Virus record (IMG/VR): IMGVR_UViG_3300023174_000069
Direction: 5' to 3' (one strand)
DNA: 64,000 bases
Source of the DNA: an uncultured virus (IMG/VR IMGVR_UViG_3300023174_000069)
Lineage: Duplodnaviria; Heunggongvirae; Uroviricota; Caudoviricetes
Positions within the stretch are counted from its first letter, which is position 1. Each line of letters starts with the position of its first letter. The notes under the pieces were generated by a model. It did not search any database, had not been told where the DNA came from, and saw only the letters and a list, made by a program, of their open reading frames with translations. Below are positions 1 through 7,254 of this stretch, piece by piece. A program made the translations under genes and the position numbers.

Positions 1-40
1 TTTATATTTGTATTTTTATTATTTTTATAGAGATTCACGA

Positions 41-1123
41 ATGGCCACATTTACACCTATGAATTTCCCTAAAATTAAGGGATTCCCAAAATCTGGTGAA
101 AGAACACAATATGCTCCACTATCCAAGACTGATGTACGATATAAGCAAGGGTTTCCCACAGCTAAAAGCACAGCATTAATATCTAATAAAGGTGTATTAA
201 TTAAAACTCTAGAGAAAGGTGCTAAAGTGCATTTTACCTTTCCTCCTACGCTAGTTACAGGTTCGCAAATTGGTATTAAACAAGGACAATCCTCTAAACA
301 AACCTTTGCTGCCGTAAGTTTGAAAGGCGTATCCAGCAAAGTAGATGGGTATATATTACTATCTCATGTGGAAAAGCCTTCCGGGGGTGCCCAAGCTCGT
401 GTAGGCGCTGGTGCTCAATCACAAAAGCTAGTAAATGAGCAAGTCCAGAAAATAGCATCCAATCATGGAAAGTCCTATCAGTTTGTTTCCTCGGCTCAAC
501 CAGGTAGTACAAAACCCGATCTAGTGGTAAAGTACGATGATGTAGAAGTACAGTTTGAGATTAAAGGTTCAAGTGGTGGAACATCCTCATTAATTACCTT
601 ATTTGACGTATCCATAGGCAGAAATCACAGTCATCCCTTCGCAGACCTATTGGTGCCTCTATTTTTAAAGCATGGTACTATAGATCTATACAGAGATCCC
701 AAGTCTGGTAAAAGGTACGCTACTACTAAAACAGTAAAGCTATCTACTGTTGCTAAAGGAATATCCTCTATGACCGATTTGGTCGATTACTACCAACACT
801 ATGGAAACCCCGAGACGGGCTTCCCAGGCGACCGAGGTGTTATTAAAAGTGGTAAATTACCTAAAGAGTTTGAAGTTACTAATGAAGACTTTTTAGCATC
901 TGCTTTGGAACTTATAAAACATCACTTTGCCGAAAATAGCGATAATTACTTTGCCGTGCATTTTAGAGGTCTAAATCAAATAAAGATGTATTATACAGGA
1001 CACGGTAAAAATCTATTGAAATTACCAGAGTTGCCTAAACTTAAATTTTTTGGCTTCATGACGTATGGTGGTGTAAGTGGAGGTAAAATGAGATCGGGAA
1101 TAAAAGTGAAATTTGACTTTTAA
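41..1123 (+). CDS. Putative PD-(D/E)XK restriction-endonuclease-like nuclease with an N-terminal accessory (SH3-like?) domain
   Basis: Motif KPDLVVKYDDVEVQFEIKG matches PD-x(n)-E-x-K. ATG at 41 is preferred over the track's non-ATG start at 8. Confidence 0.5.
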   Translation: MATFTPMNFPKIKGFPKSGERTQYAPLSKTDVRYKQGFPTAKSTALISNKGVLIKTLEKGAKVHFTFPPTLVTGSQIGIKQGQSSKQTFAAVSLKGVSSKVDGYILLSHVEKPSGGAQARVGAGAQSQKLVNEQVQKIASNHGKSYQFVSSAQPGSTKPDLVVKYDDVEVQFEIKGSSGGTSSLITLFDVSIGRNHSHPFADLLVPLFLKHGTIDLYRDPKSGKRYATTKTVKLSTVAKGISSMTDLVDYYQHYGNPETGFPGDRGVIKSGKLPKEFEVTNEDFLASALELIKHHFAENSDNYFAVHFRGLNQIKMYYTGHGKNLLKLPELPKLKFFGFMTYGGVSGGKMRSGIKVKFDF

Positions 1124-1216
1124 ACCAGAAAATAAAAAGAACAAAGATACCAATAAGTGACTCCAACCTCAGAATCCAAAATTTCGTCCAAAAAAAATAT
1201 TGCTATATAAAATTTT

Positions 1217-1224
1217 GATAAATA
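1217..1224 (+). promoter_or_regulatory. T4-type late promoter (GATAAATA)
   Basis: One mismatch to TATAAATA, immediately upstream of the ORF at 1231. Confidence 0.5.
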
Positions 1225-1230
1225 ATGCGT

Positions 1231-1797
1231 ATGAAAAATTTTAAAACATTTTGTGCAGAGTCTTCCATTTACTCCGACGAATTTACTTCTAAAAAGTACG
1301 TTCGCTCAGTATCAGCACAGCAATCTGCTAATGAAATGATAGCGCAAGTTAAATCTTTTTTTAAAGTGTACGATATTGACGCAAAAGTTTTAAATTACAA
1401 AGTAACAGAAGGTCCAAGAACTGAGTATAAGTCCAAGGGATTCGATTACAAGGCCGAAATCACCATCTCCGCCAATAAATCCAAATATATTCTAGAAATT
1501 ATCAAAGATGCGTGGATTAAAGATCGTTCCGTAGCCGGCTCCACTTCACCGCAACCTATACGAGTACACTATTGGTCTATTACACTTCACGACTCTAGCG
1601 GAAAACTTTTAAACTTGGAGCACAGTCAAAACGGTGCGTACGGTGGTCCAAAGTATATGCGGAATTTTGGTGATGATTTTCCTCCCAACTATCGTGAGTT
1701 GAAGCAGCGTTTACACGCAGTTCTTAGAGACATTTATGAAATACCTCGTGGAACTTATTGGAAATCCTCAGAATTAAACAAAGCTCTGTCAAAGTAA
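1231..1797 (+). CDS. Hypothetical protein, candidate capsid-internal (ejected) protein
   Basis: N-terminus MKNFKTFCAE resembles the T4 internal-protein capsid-targeting sequence MKTYQEFIAE, and a late promoter lies upstream. Alternative start at 1225. Confidence 0.55.
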   Translation: MKNFKTFCAESSIYSDEFTSKKYVRSVSAQQSANEMIAQVKSFFKVYDIDAKVLNYKVTEGPRTEYKSKGFDYKAEITISANKSKYILEIIKDAWIKDRSVAGSTSPQPIRVHYWSITLHDSSGKLLNLEHSQNGAYGGPKYMRNFGDDFPPNYRELKQRLHAVLRDIYEIPRGTYWKSSELNKALSK

Positions 1798-1843
1798 GTT
1801 AAATTTTTGTCCAAATCCAAATTGCTGTATAAGCATTTTCTGT

Positions 1844-1872
1844 TTGACAAGATTTAATAGAGCCTATAATAT
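1844..1872 (+). promoter_or_regulatory. Sigma70-type early promoter
   Basis: TTGACA at 1844-1849, with TATAAT at 1865-1870 (15-bp spacer) or TAATAT at 1867-1872 (17-bp spacer). Heads a run of small ORFs; GGAGG at 1891. Confidence 0.6.
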
Positions 1873-1908
1873 AAGAATATACACAAAAACGGAGGCCTTG
1901 GAATTTCT

Positions 1909-2151
1909 ATGGACCAAAAATCTCAGAATAAGCTGGAACTATTTCAGAAAGTAGCCCTGATCCAGCTACAAACTCGTACCGGAGGCGTACTCAAAGGTTC
2001 AGTAGATGGTGTAGTAGTGTGCCCGGCATTTATTAGTGACTGCGTGACTATTACTGAAGCACTACTGAATAGTTCAGAAGCCTTTGCACTAGGTAAATTA
2101 ACTACTGATAAGGAGTCTAAAAATGAGCAAGCCACGCCGGAACCCAAGTAA
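1909..2151 (+). CDS. Hypothetical protein
   Basis: 80-aa ORF with GGAGG upstream, first gene after the early promoter. Confidence 0.65.
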   Translation: MDQKSQNKLELFQKVALIQLQTRTGGVLKGSVDGVVVCPAFISDCVTITEALLNSSEAFALGKLTTDKESKNEQATPEPK

Positions 2152-2389
2152 GCCTCAAGTGGAATTGAGCGAAAAAGCTCAAGAAGCCAGCACCGTCATT
2201 AAGCAATACTACCAAAAGTGTGTACAACGTCGTGGTATGAATCGTCACGAACAAATGATAACTTCACAAGCATTCGTAAATGGTTTATGCGCTATGATAC
2301 AACTTAACCAACTACGATTAAGCAAGCGTGATGCAGCAGCGGTGTTTACTCAATTAAAACCAATCTTTGATAAACTGTCGTATGAGTAG
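2123..2389 (+). CDS. Hypothetical protein
   Basis: 88-aa ORF with AAGGAG SD, tightly packed with neighbours. Confidence 0.7.
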   Translation: MSKPRRNPSKPQVELSEKAQEASTVIKQYYQKCVQRRGMNRHEQMITSQAFVNGLCAMIQLNQLRLSKRDAAAVFTQLKPIFDKLSYE

Positions 2390-2630
2390 TGTAGATCCTG
2401 TAATACTGTTTTGTGCATTTAGATATGCACTAGGTCGTCGTACCTATGTGGTAAGTGCCGTGTGTCAGCAAATACACCAATGTTGGGAAACATTGTGTGA
2501 TAGTGATCGTGAATTGTTTGTTAAGGAAATCCTTGAGTACCACAGCCGTTTTGGTAATCTTGGCCACGAGTGTGACGGTCGTGATTGGTTAAGTATTGTT
2601 GATAGATATAATAGCGAGCGTGAGCGATAA
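2382..2630 (+). CDS. Conserved phage hypothetical protein (FRYALGRRTY motif)
   Basis: AFRYALGRRTY motif recurs in small phage proteins. ATG at 2382 overlaps the end of the previous gene. Confidence 0.7.
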   Translation: MSSVDPVILFCAFRYALGRRTYVVSAVCQQIHQCWETLCDSDRELFVKEILEYHSRFGNLGHECDGRDWLSIVDRYNSERER

Positions 2631-2632
2631 TT

Positions 2633-2842
2633 ATGCGTTGGTTGAGCTATAGCGGTGGTGAAATTGCTGTGATACTGAACCCTTGTCATTGGGTTTTGGT
2701 GCCTGTGTGTAAGATTAGAAAGCCTTATCTTGATGAGTATTACTTGAGCCAGCGATATCGTGAAGTGTTTATTAAGTTCTTGTGTGTACGAGTGAGAGTT
2801 TGGATTGATGAAGGTACTGAAGACGACTATCTTTTTGGATAA
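2633..2842 (+). CDS. Hypothetical protein
   Basis: 69-aa ORF starting 2 nt after the previous stop. Confidence 0.55.
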   Translation: MRWLSYSGGEIAVILNPCHWVLVPVCKIRKPYLDEYYLSQRYREVFIKFLCVRVRVWIDEGTEDDYLFG

Positions 2843-2886
2843 AGATATTTGGATACTAAAGCGTTTGGACTAAGCGGAGGTGAAAG

Positions 2887-3429
2887 ATGGTATTTGAGCG
2901 AGTTTGTAGTCGAGTGATAGATTGGATCGCTTTCCGTACTACCCAGCGATATAATATTGTTAAAATAAAGACACTTGCAGCTACTTATTGGGATAAAGAT
3001 ACCATAATGCTTCATGCTGTTATGCAGCTAGTTACTGACTATGTGGAAATTGAACAAGCTAGTTTATATTGGACAAATCACGACAAAACGCCCTCACTAC
3101 TAGAGCGTGTACTACGACAAGTGCCTAGGGTGTTTCGTAGCAGCGAATGGTTTCGTTCTCGTGAGCGAGGTGTTGCTAACTTACTACTAGAAGCCACATT
3201 CGATGATAATAGTTTGCCTGCAGATCAAAGAAGTCCTGAACAAGCTCATGCAGCACGAGAAATATTGGAAATATACTTGTGGTGGAAGGACGTTAGACCA
3301 CACAGAACAAACTTGGATACGTTAGAAATTGGGTTTGAAGAATATTTAAAATTAACAAGACAATATAGTACAGAAGATGCTAATATGTTGAAGCGAATTA
3401 TTGATGTTAGAGAGCATTTATGGACCTAG
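2887..3429 (+). CDS. Conserved phage hypothetical protein
   Basis: GGAGGTG SD. Motifs WDKDTIMLHA...AREILEIYLWWK...MLKRIIDVREHLWT are typical of a recurring phage family. Confidence 0.75.
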   Translation: MVFERVCSRVIDWIAFRTTQRYNIVKIKTLAATYWDKDTIMLHAVMQLVTDYVEIEQASLYWTNHDKTPSLLERVLRQVPRVFRSSEWFRSRERGVANLLLEATFDDNSLPADQRSPEQAHAAREILEIYLWWKDVRPHRTNLDTLEIGFEEYLKLTRQYSTEDANMLKRIIDVREHLWT

Positions 3430-3683
3430 ATGTAAAAACGCCACTTAGCGACTTTGAATTAGTAGAAAAATATAAAGCAATACTACATACACTACATCGT
3501 GTTAGTGATGATTTGGCGGAAAAACATCCGTACGAAGACCTAGAGGTTACAATATTGGGCTATGCTTGCACACTTACTACACACGAGGTTAGTGGAGTAA
3601 TTGGAGCCCAAATAAGAATGTTTAAACGATTGTTGACACAAACTCAAGATCGTATTCACCGCAGCGAAGGAAAAGTAGCATAG
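3420..3683 (+). CDS. Hypothetical protein
   Basis: 87-aa ORF overlapping the end of the previous gene. Confidence 0.6.
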   Translation: MDLDVKTPLSDFELVEKYKAILHTLHRVSDDLAEKHPYEDLEVTILGYACTLTTHEVSGVIGAQIRMFKRLLTQTQDRIHRSEGKVA

Positions 3684-3693
3684 ATACTATATT

Positions 3694-4050
3694 ATGACTG
3701 AATATACAAAAAAAGATTTAGAACTACTACTGTCGTGGATTCAAACCAAAATTAATTCTATGCCCGACACCACCACACCCGATCAGTACAGTGAGGCTAA
3801 TCTTTCTAGAGCTGTACTTAAATTTGTGCAATATCTAGTAGAAAAAGAAACCTTTTGGGCCAGACTTAACGATCGATCGTATTATACACCAGATCCTTAT
3901 ATTGGGTCGTATAATTTGGCTCCGCAACAACCAGCATACAGCATATCTGTTTCAAACAACACGTCACCAACTATTTGTGATGCGTGTAAGCAAAAAAGTC
4001 CCACAGCTACGCACTGTGTACACAAAGTTGTGATGCCACTAAAATATTAG
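3694..4050 (+). CDS. Hypothetical protein (C-terminal CxxC...HC, possible Zn site)
   Basis: 118-aa ORF containing CDAC...HCVH. Confidence 0.6.
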   Translation: MTEYTKKDLELLLSWIQTKINSMPDTTTPDQYSEANLSRAVLKFVQYLVEKETFWARLNDRSYYTPDPYIGSYNLAPQQPAYSISVSNNTSPTICDACKQKSPTATHCVHKVVMPLKY

Positions 4051-4127
4051 GATAATTAAAATGTTTTTTTTGTATATTGTAGGAAGTTTTATGCTTATTT
4101 GTTTAACTTCTTTAGGTGCGAGGTAAT

Positions 4128-4514
4128 ATGCGGGTAAAACCAAAGGATAATTTAATTGCAGATATTAGAATGTCTATAGTGGATTCTAAAAAATCTTTAG
4201 ATTCTAATAAAACAGAAAGAAAGCGATTGATGAAAAAAATTGCTGACGTAAAACTATCCATGCGAGTAGGAGAACACTACGCATCTAAGATGCACGAAGC
4301 TGAAATTGATAATTATTATGTTCTTAATGTGGTACAAAAGCACAGCGCCGATCTTATGGAACTTCGACACGAGTTGCTAACATTGGAAGCTATCAGAGAA
4401 GTTGAGTTAGCTAGATTTAGAGCTATGCACCGACAGCTAGATAAGTTTAATGTTCCGTTTGATGCTGAACGTAAAGCACAAGCTAATGCCAAAAGAAAGG
4501 AGTCCAATGAGTAG
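4128..4514 (+). CDS. Hypothetical helical/coiled-coil protein
   Basis: ATG at 4128 after GAGG; charged helical sequence. Confidence 0.65.
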   Translation: MRVKPKDNLIADIRMSIVDSKKSLDSNKTERKRLMKKIADVKLSMRVGEHYASKMHEAEIDNYYVLNVVQKHSADLMELRHELLTLEAIREVELARFRAMHRQLDKFNVPFDAERKAQANAKRKESNE

Positions 4515-4683
4515 AATTATTTTGTCTTTATATGGTTTTATTACTATTAGTTTAGGTTCTTTACCCGATAGTTTTCCTCTGGATCCTGGTGGTCTAGTAG
4601 TAATAGGATTCTATGATCAAAAACCTGATATAAAGAATCGTATCAATGATAATGGCATTTTGTTGACTATCTTTGAGTATTAA
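4507..4683 (+). CDS. Small hypothetical protein
   Basis: ATG at 4507 with AAGGAG SD, overlapping the previous stop. Confidence 0.5.
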   Translation: MSRIILSLYGFITISLGSLPDSFPLDPGGLVVIGFYDQKPDIKNRINDNGILLTIFEY

Positions 4684-4685
4684 TT

Positions 4686-4961
4686 ATGACAGATATTAAA
4701 ACCATAATGAGTGACTATCTTGATGCGGAAGATGATTTCGGATTTTCTGCGGTCAGTGAAGAAGAGTATAATAAAGTTGTTGCAGAAACCGAACAAACGG
4801 TGGAAGTATATAAACAAAAATTGCTGGAGGTAGAAAAGCTAATTGTTCCCTTCTTGGTAAAATTGCTAAAGACTGCTGATAAGGAGTACATATATTGGCC
4901 AAACAGAAAACCCATGATAGAAAAGCAAATAGAAAAAATTATCGGGTTAACTAGAAGTTGA
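4686..4961 (+). CDS. Conserved T4-like phage hypothetical protein
   Basis: DDFGFSAV...KEYIYWPNR motif, recognisable from environmental T4-like phages. Confidence 0.75.
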   Translation: MTDIKTIMSDYLDAEDDFGFSAVSEEEYNKVVAETEQTVEVYKQKLLEVEKLIVPFLVKLLKTADKEYIYWPNRKPMIEKQIEKIIGLTRS

Positions 4962-5062
4962 TGTATATTATGCATATATTAATTTTTTTATTGTTGTTTG
5001 TTGTGACTCTTATTATTGGTGGTCTGTGCTATGCACTAGACAGCGAAGATGGTGAGGATTAA
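4961..5062 (+). CDS. Small membrane peptide (33 aa), not in the ORF track
   Basis: TGATG overlap with the previous gene. MYIMHILIFLLLFVVTLIIGGLCYALDSEDGED has one hydrophobic helix and fills the gap exactly. Confidence 0.5.
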   Translation: MYIMHILIFLLLFVVTLIIGGLCYALDSEDGED

Positions 5063-5065
5063 ATT

Positions 5066-5263
5066 ATGAGTAAAAAAAGTGAAAAAGATGTTCAAGAATT
5101 AATTGCTGAGATTAATGAATTGGTGAAAATGCGTCATGCACTTTCTTTTGGTTCAAACACCGGCAAGAGACAAGCTGCGGAAAGTATTATGAGCCGCAGA
5201 ATCAATCGACGAGTGATGGAATTATCTGATGAAATAGTAAAACTTTTTGGTGGAGATGAATAG
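5066..5263 (+). CDS. Hypothetical protein
   Basis: 65-aa ORF with GAGG upstream. Confidence 0.6.
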   Translation: MSKKSEKDVQELIAEINELVKMRHALSFGSNTGKRQAAESIMSRRINRRVMELSDEIVKLFGGDE

Positions 5264-5264
5264 T

Positions 5265-5504
5265 ATGTCAGAACGCCCAGAACTTTTAATTTATCGAGAT
5301 TTGTTGATTTCTCTTACTGATGAAGAGTTGAATCGAGAGATATGGATGCTAGATGATCATATAGAATATTTGTGTGCACAGGTAGAGCTTGCCCAAAATT
5401 CTCAAGAAACTTCTATGGAAAGAGACATCAAAGAAATGACAGAAATGTTAAAGTTGGCAAAGCTAGAAAAAGATCGCCGAATGTTTGAACGAGGATATAT
5501 GTAA
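5265..5504 (+). CDS. Hypothetical acidic helical protein
   Basis: ATG at 5265 with GGAG SD. Alternative start at 5256. Confidence 0.6.
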   Translation: MSERPELLIYRDLLISLTDEELNREIWMLDDHIEYLCAQVELAQNSQETSMERDIKEMTEMLKLAKLEKDRRMFERGYM

Positions 5505-5738
5505 ATGCAAAACCGATTTGGGTTGGATTTATCATCATTAGCCAGATTTTTCTTTAGTGGCGTAGCAACAAAAATTGGAAAAATTAGATTTTTGGTTGGG
5601 ATGTGGATATTACCCAAAGACGTATCAAATTTTACCACGTTGATATTATCCAAAATAGTCGATGATATCCAAAAATTGGATAAAGATAAAAGAGACAAGA
5701 TCACGTCATTAAAGATTGACTTTGAATTTAGAGATTGA
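5505..5738 (+). CDS. Hypothetical protein
   Basis: 77-aa ORF abutting the previous stop. Confidence 0.45.
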   Translation: MQNRFGLDLSSLARFFFSGVATKIGKIRFLVGMWILPKDVSNFTTLILSKIVDDIQKLDKDKRDKITSLKIDFEFRD

Positions 5739-5744
5739 TATAAT
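5716..5744 (+). promoter_or_regulatory. Sigma70-type early promoter with extended -10
   Basis: TTGACT-N17-TATAAT, with TG at the extended -10 position. Confidence 0.7.
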
Positions 5745-5780
5745 AAAAGTATAAACACAATTTACTTTTTTGGTAATAAA

Positions 5781-6437
5781 ATGGGTTGTGATATACACGC
5801 ATACATCGAACACTACTCCAAAAAAGATTTGGCCATAGGGAAATGTTACGTTGATACTTATGGTGGTCAAATCAATTTTGGTCGAGATTATTTGATGTTT
5901 GGTCTAATTGCTGGTGTTAGATCTTTGGAAGCTCCTGTGATTGCTACTAGAGGTTTACCAACTAATCCTCCAATGTCGTGGGAGTGTTCAAATGAATACT
6001 ATTTGCGAATTGTTAGCGACGAAGAGTATACAGCACACAGAAGAGATTTACTGGGACAAAAACTAATTTCAAAAACCGAATTTGATAGAATCAATACCAT
6101 TTACCACAATAATAAAATGACCGTCGATAGTCAAAATATGATTGCGTGTCCTGACTATCATAGCGTTACTTGGTTGACTGTAGATGAGCTAATCTTGATT
6201 AGAAAACGCTATTTGTTGCAGTATATAGAATTTTACGACGAGCTTTCAGGAATTTCTAATAAAAAAAAGAAAGAACTTATTAATTTTATTAAAGATAAAG
6301 ATGAAAAGACTTTAATGAAATATACTTTTCATCCATATGAATCTTTACCGCTGTACACAACCATTTGCTCTATGATGGCTATGGAAAGAATTGGTGATGA
6401 TACCGCAACTAGATTTATTTGTTGGTTTGATTCTTAA
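5781..6437 (+). CDS. Conserved phage protein (MGCDIH family)
   Basis: MGCDIH...RDYxxFGxIAGVR...RGLP...DYHSxTWLT...RFICWFDS signature. Confidence 0.8.
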   Translation: MGCDIHAYIEHYSKKDLAIGKCYVDTYGGQINFGRDYLMFGLIAGVRSLEAPVIATRGLPTNPPMSWECSNEYYLRIVSDEEYTAHRRDLLGQKLISKTEFDRINTIYHNNKMTVDSQNMIACPDYHSVTWLTVDELILIRKRYLLQYIEFYDELSGISNKKKKELINFIKDKDEKTLMKYTFHPYESLPLYTTICSMMAMERIGDDTATRFICWFDS

Positions 6438-6452
6438 TAATTGGAGAATAAT

Positions 6453-6755
6453 ATGTATAAGATGAATAAAGCGATGACAAAAGAAGCCGAGCAACTTTTT
6501 TCGGATAACTCAGAAATTTTGTTGGCTTTGCGAAATGGTGATAGTAAGGCGTTGGATATGGTATTTAATAAAATATCTTTTACTATTGACGAAGATGATA
6601 TTATTCGAGCCTTTAGAAATAAGAAGGAACAAAATCTTCTTGATTGCGCCAAGCGAGCGAAGGCTATCAGAGACTTCTATCAAAAGCTATTTTTGCTTAT
6701 AGAAAAAAGAAATGATGTAGTTGCAGAAAGAAACAATTACTTGGATTGTATTTAA
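6453..6755 (+). CDS. Hypothetical protein
   Basis: ATG at 6453 with GGAG SD. Confidence 0.65.
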   Translation: MYKMNKAMTKEAEQLFSDNSEILLALRNGDSKALDMVFNKISFTIDEDDIIRAFRNKKEQNLLDCAKRAKAIRDFYQKLFLLIEKRNDVVAERNNYLDCI

Positions 6756-7213
6756 TGAAACTTATGAATGTAGATTTGTGTAAAAAGCTGTATGAGGCGG
6801 CTCCGACTCTATTTGGTACCAACACATTTTTTATTGTTGAGGAAATAGGACCTGGAATTACTTCATATAGATGGTTTCCTGTTCAGTGTGATGACGGCTG
6901 GTTTGATCTTTTATTTAGGTTGTGTACCAAATTAAATGATCATATCAAGACTTTTCCTGAAAATATAAGAAAAGAAATTGTAATTACTCAAATTAAAGAA
7001 AAATATGGAACTCTTAGATTCCATCTTTCGCACTATGACCCAGTAGTGGATAAAATAATAGAAGATGCTGAGATCGAGTCGGCTAGTATATGCGAGGTTT
7101 GTGGCAAAGCAGGACGTCTTAGAGGAAAATCTTGGGTTTATACAGCCTGCGATGCACATACAAAATCATACGATCTTATTGAGAAAACTGATGTCGAAAC
7201 TTCTGTTTCCTAA
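6755..7213 (+). CDS. Conserved phage protein (GW...QIKEKYGTLRF...CEVCG family)
   Basis: Characteristic motifs plus a C-terminal CxxC...CxxH Zn ribbon; TAATG coupling to the previous gene. Confidence 0.8.
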   Translation: MKLMNVDLCKKLYEAAPTLFGTNTFFIVEEIGPGITSYRWFPVQCDDGWFDLLFRLCTKLNDHIKTFPENIRKEIVITQIKEKYGTLRFHLSHYDPVVDKIIEDAEIESASICEVCGKAGRLRGKSWVYTACDAHTKSYDLIEKTDVETSVS

Positions 7214-7217
7214 GTGT

Positions 7218-7248
7218 AATAAATAGTATTGTTGCTTGAATACTATTT
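7218..7248 (+). promoter_or_regulatory. Late promoter AATAAATA overlapped by a 10-bp perfect inverted repeat
   Basis: AATAAATA at 7218-7225; arms AAATAGTATT (7221-7230) and AATACTATTT (7239-7248). Confidence 0.65.
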
Positions 7249-7254
7249 GTACAT

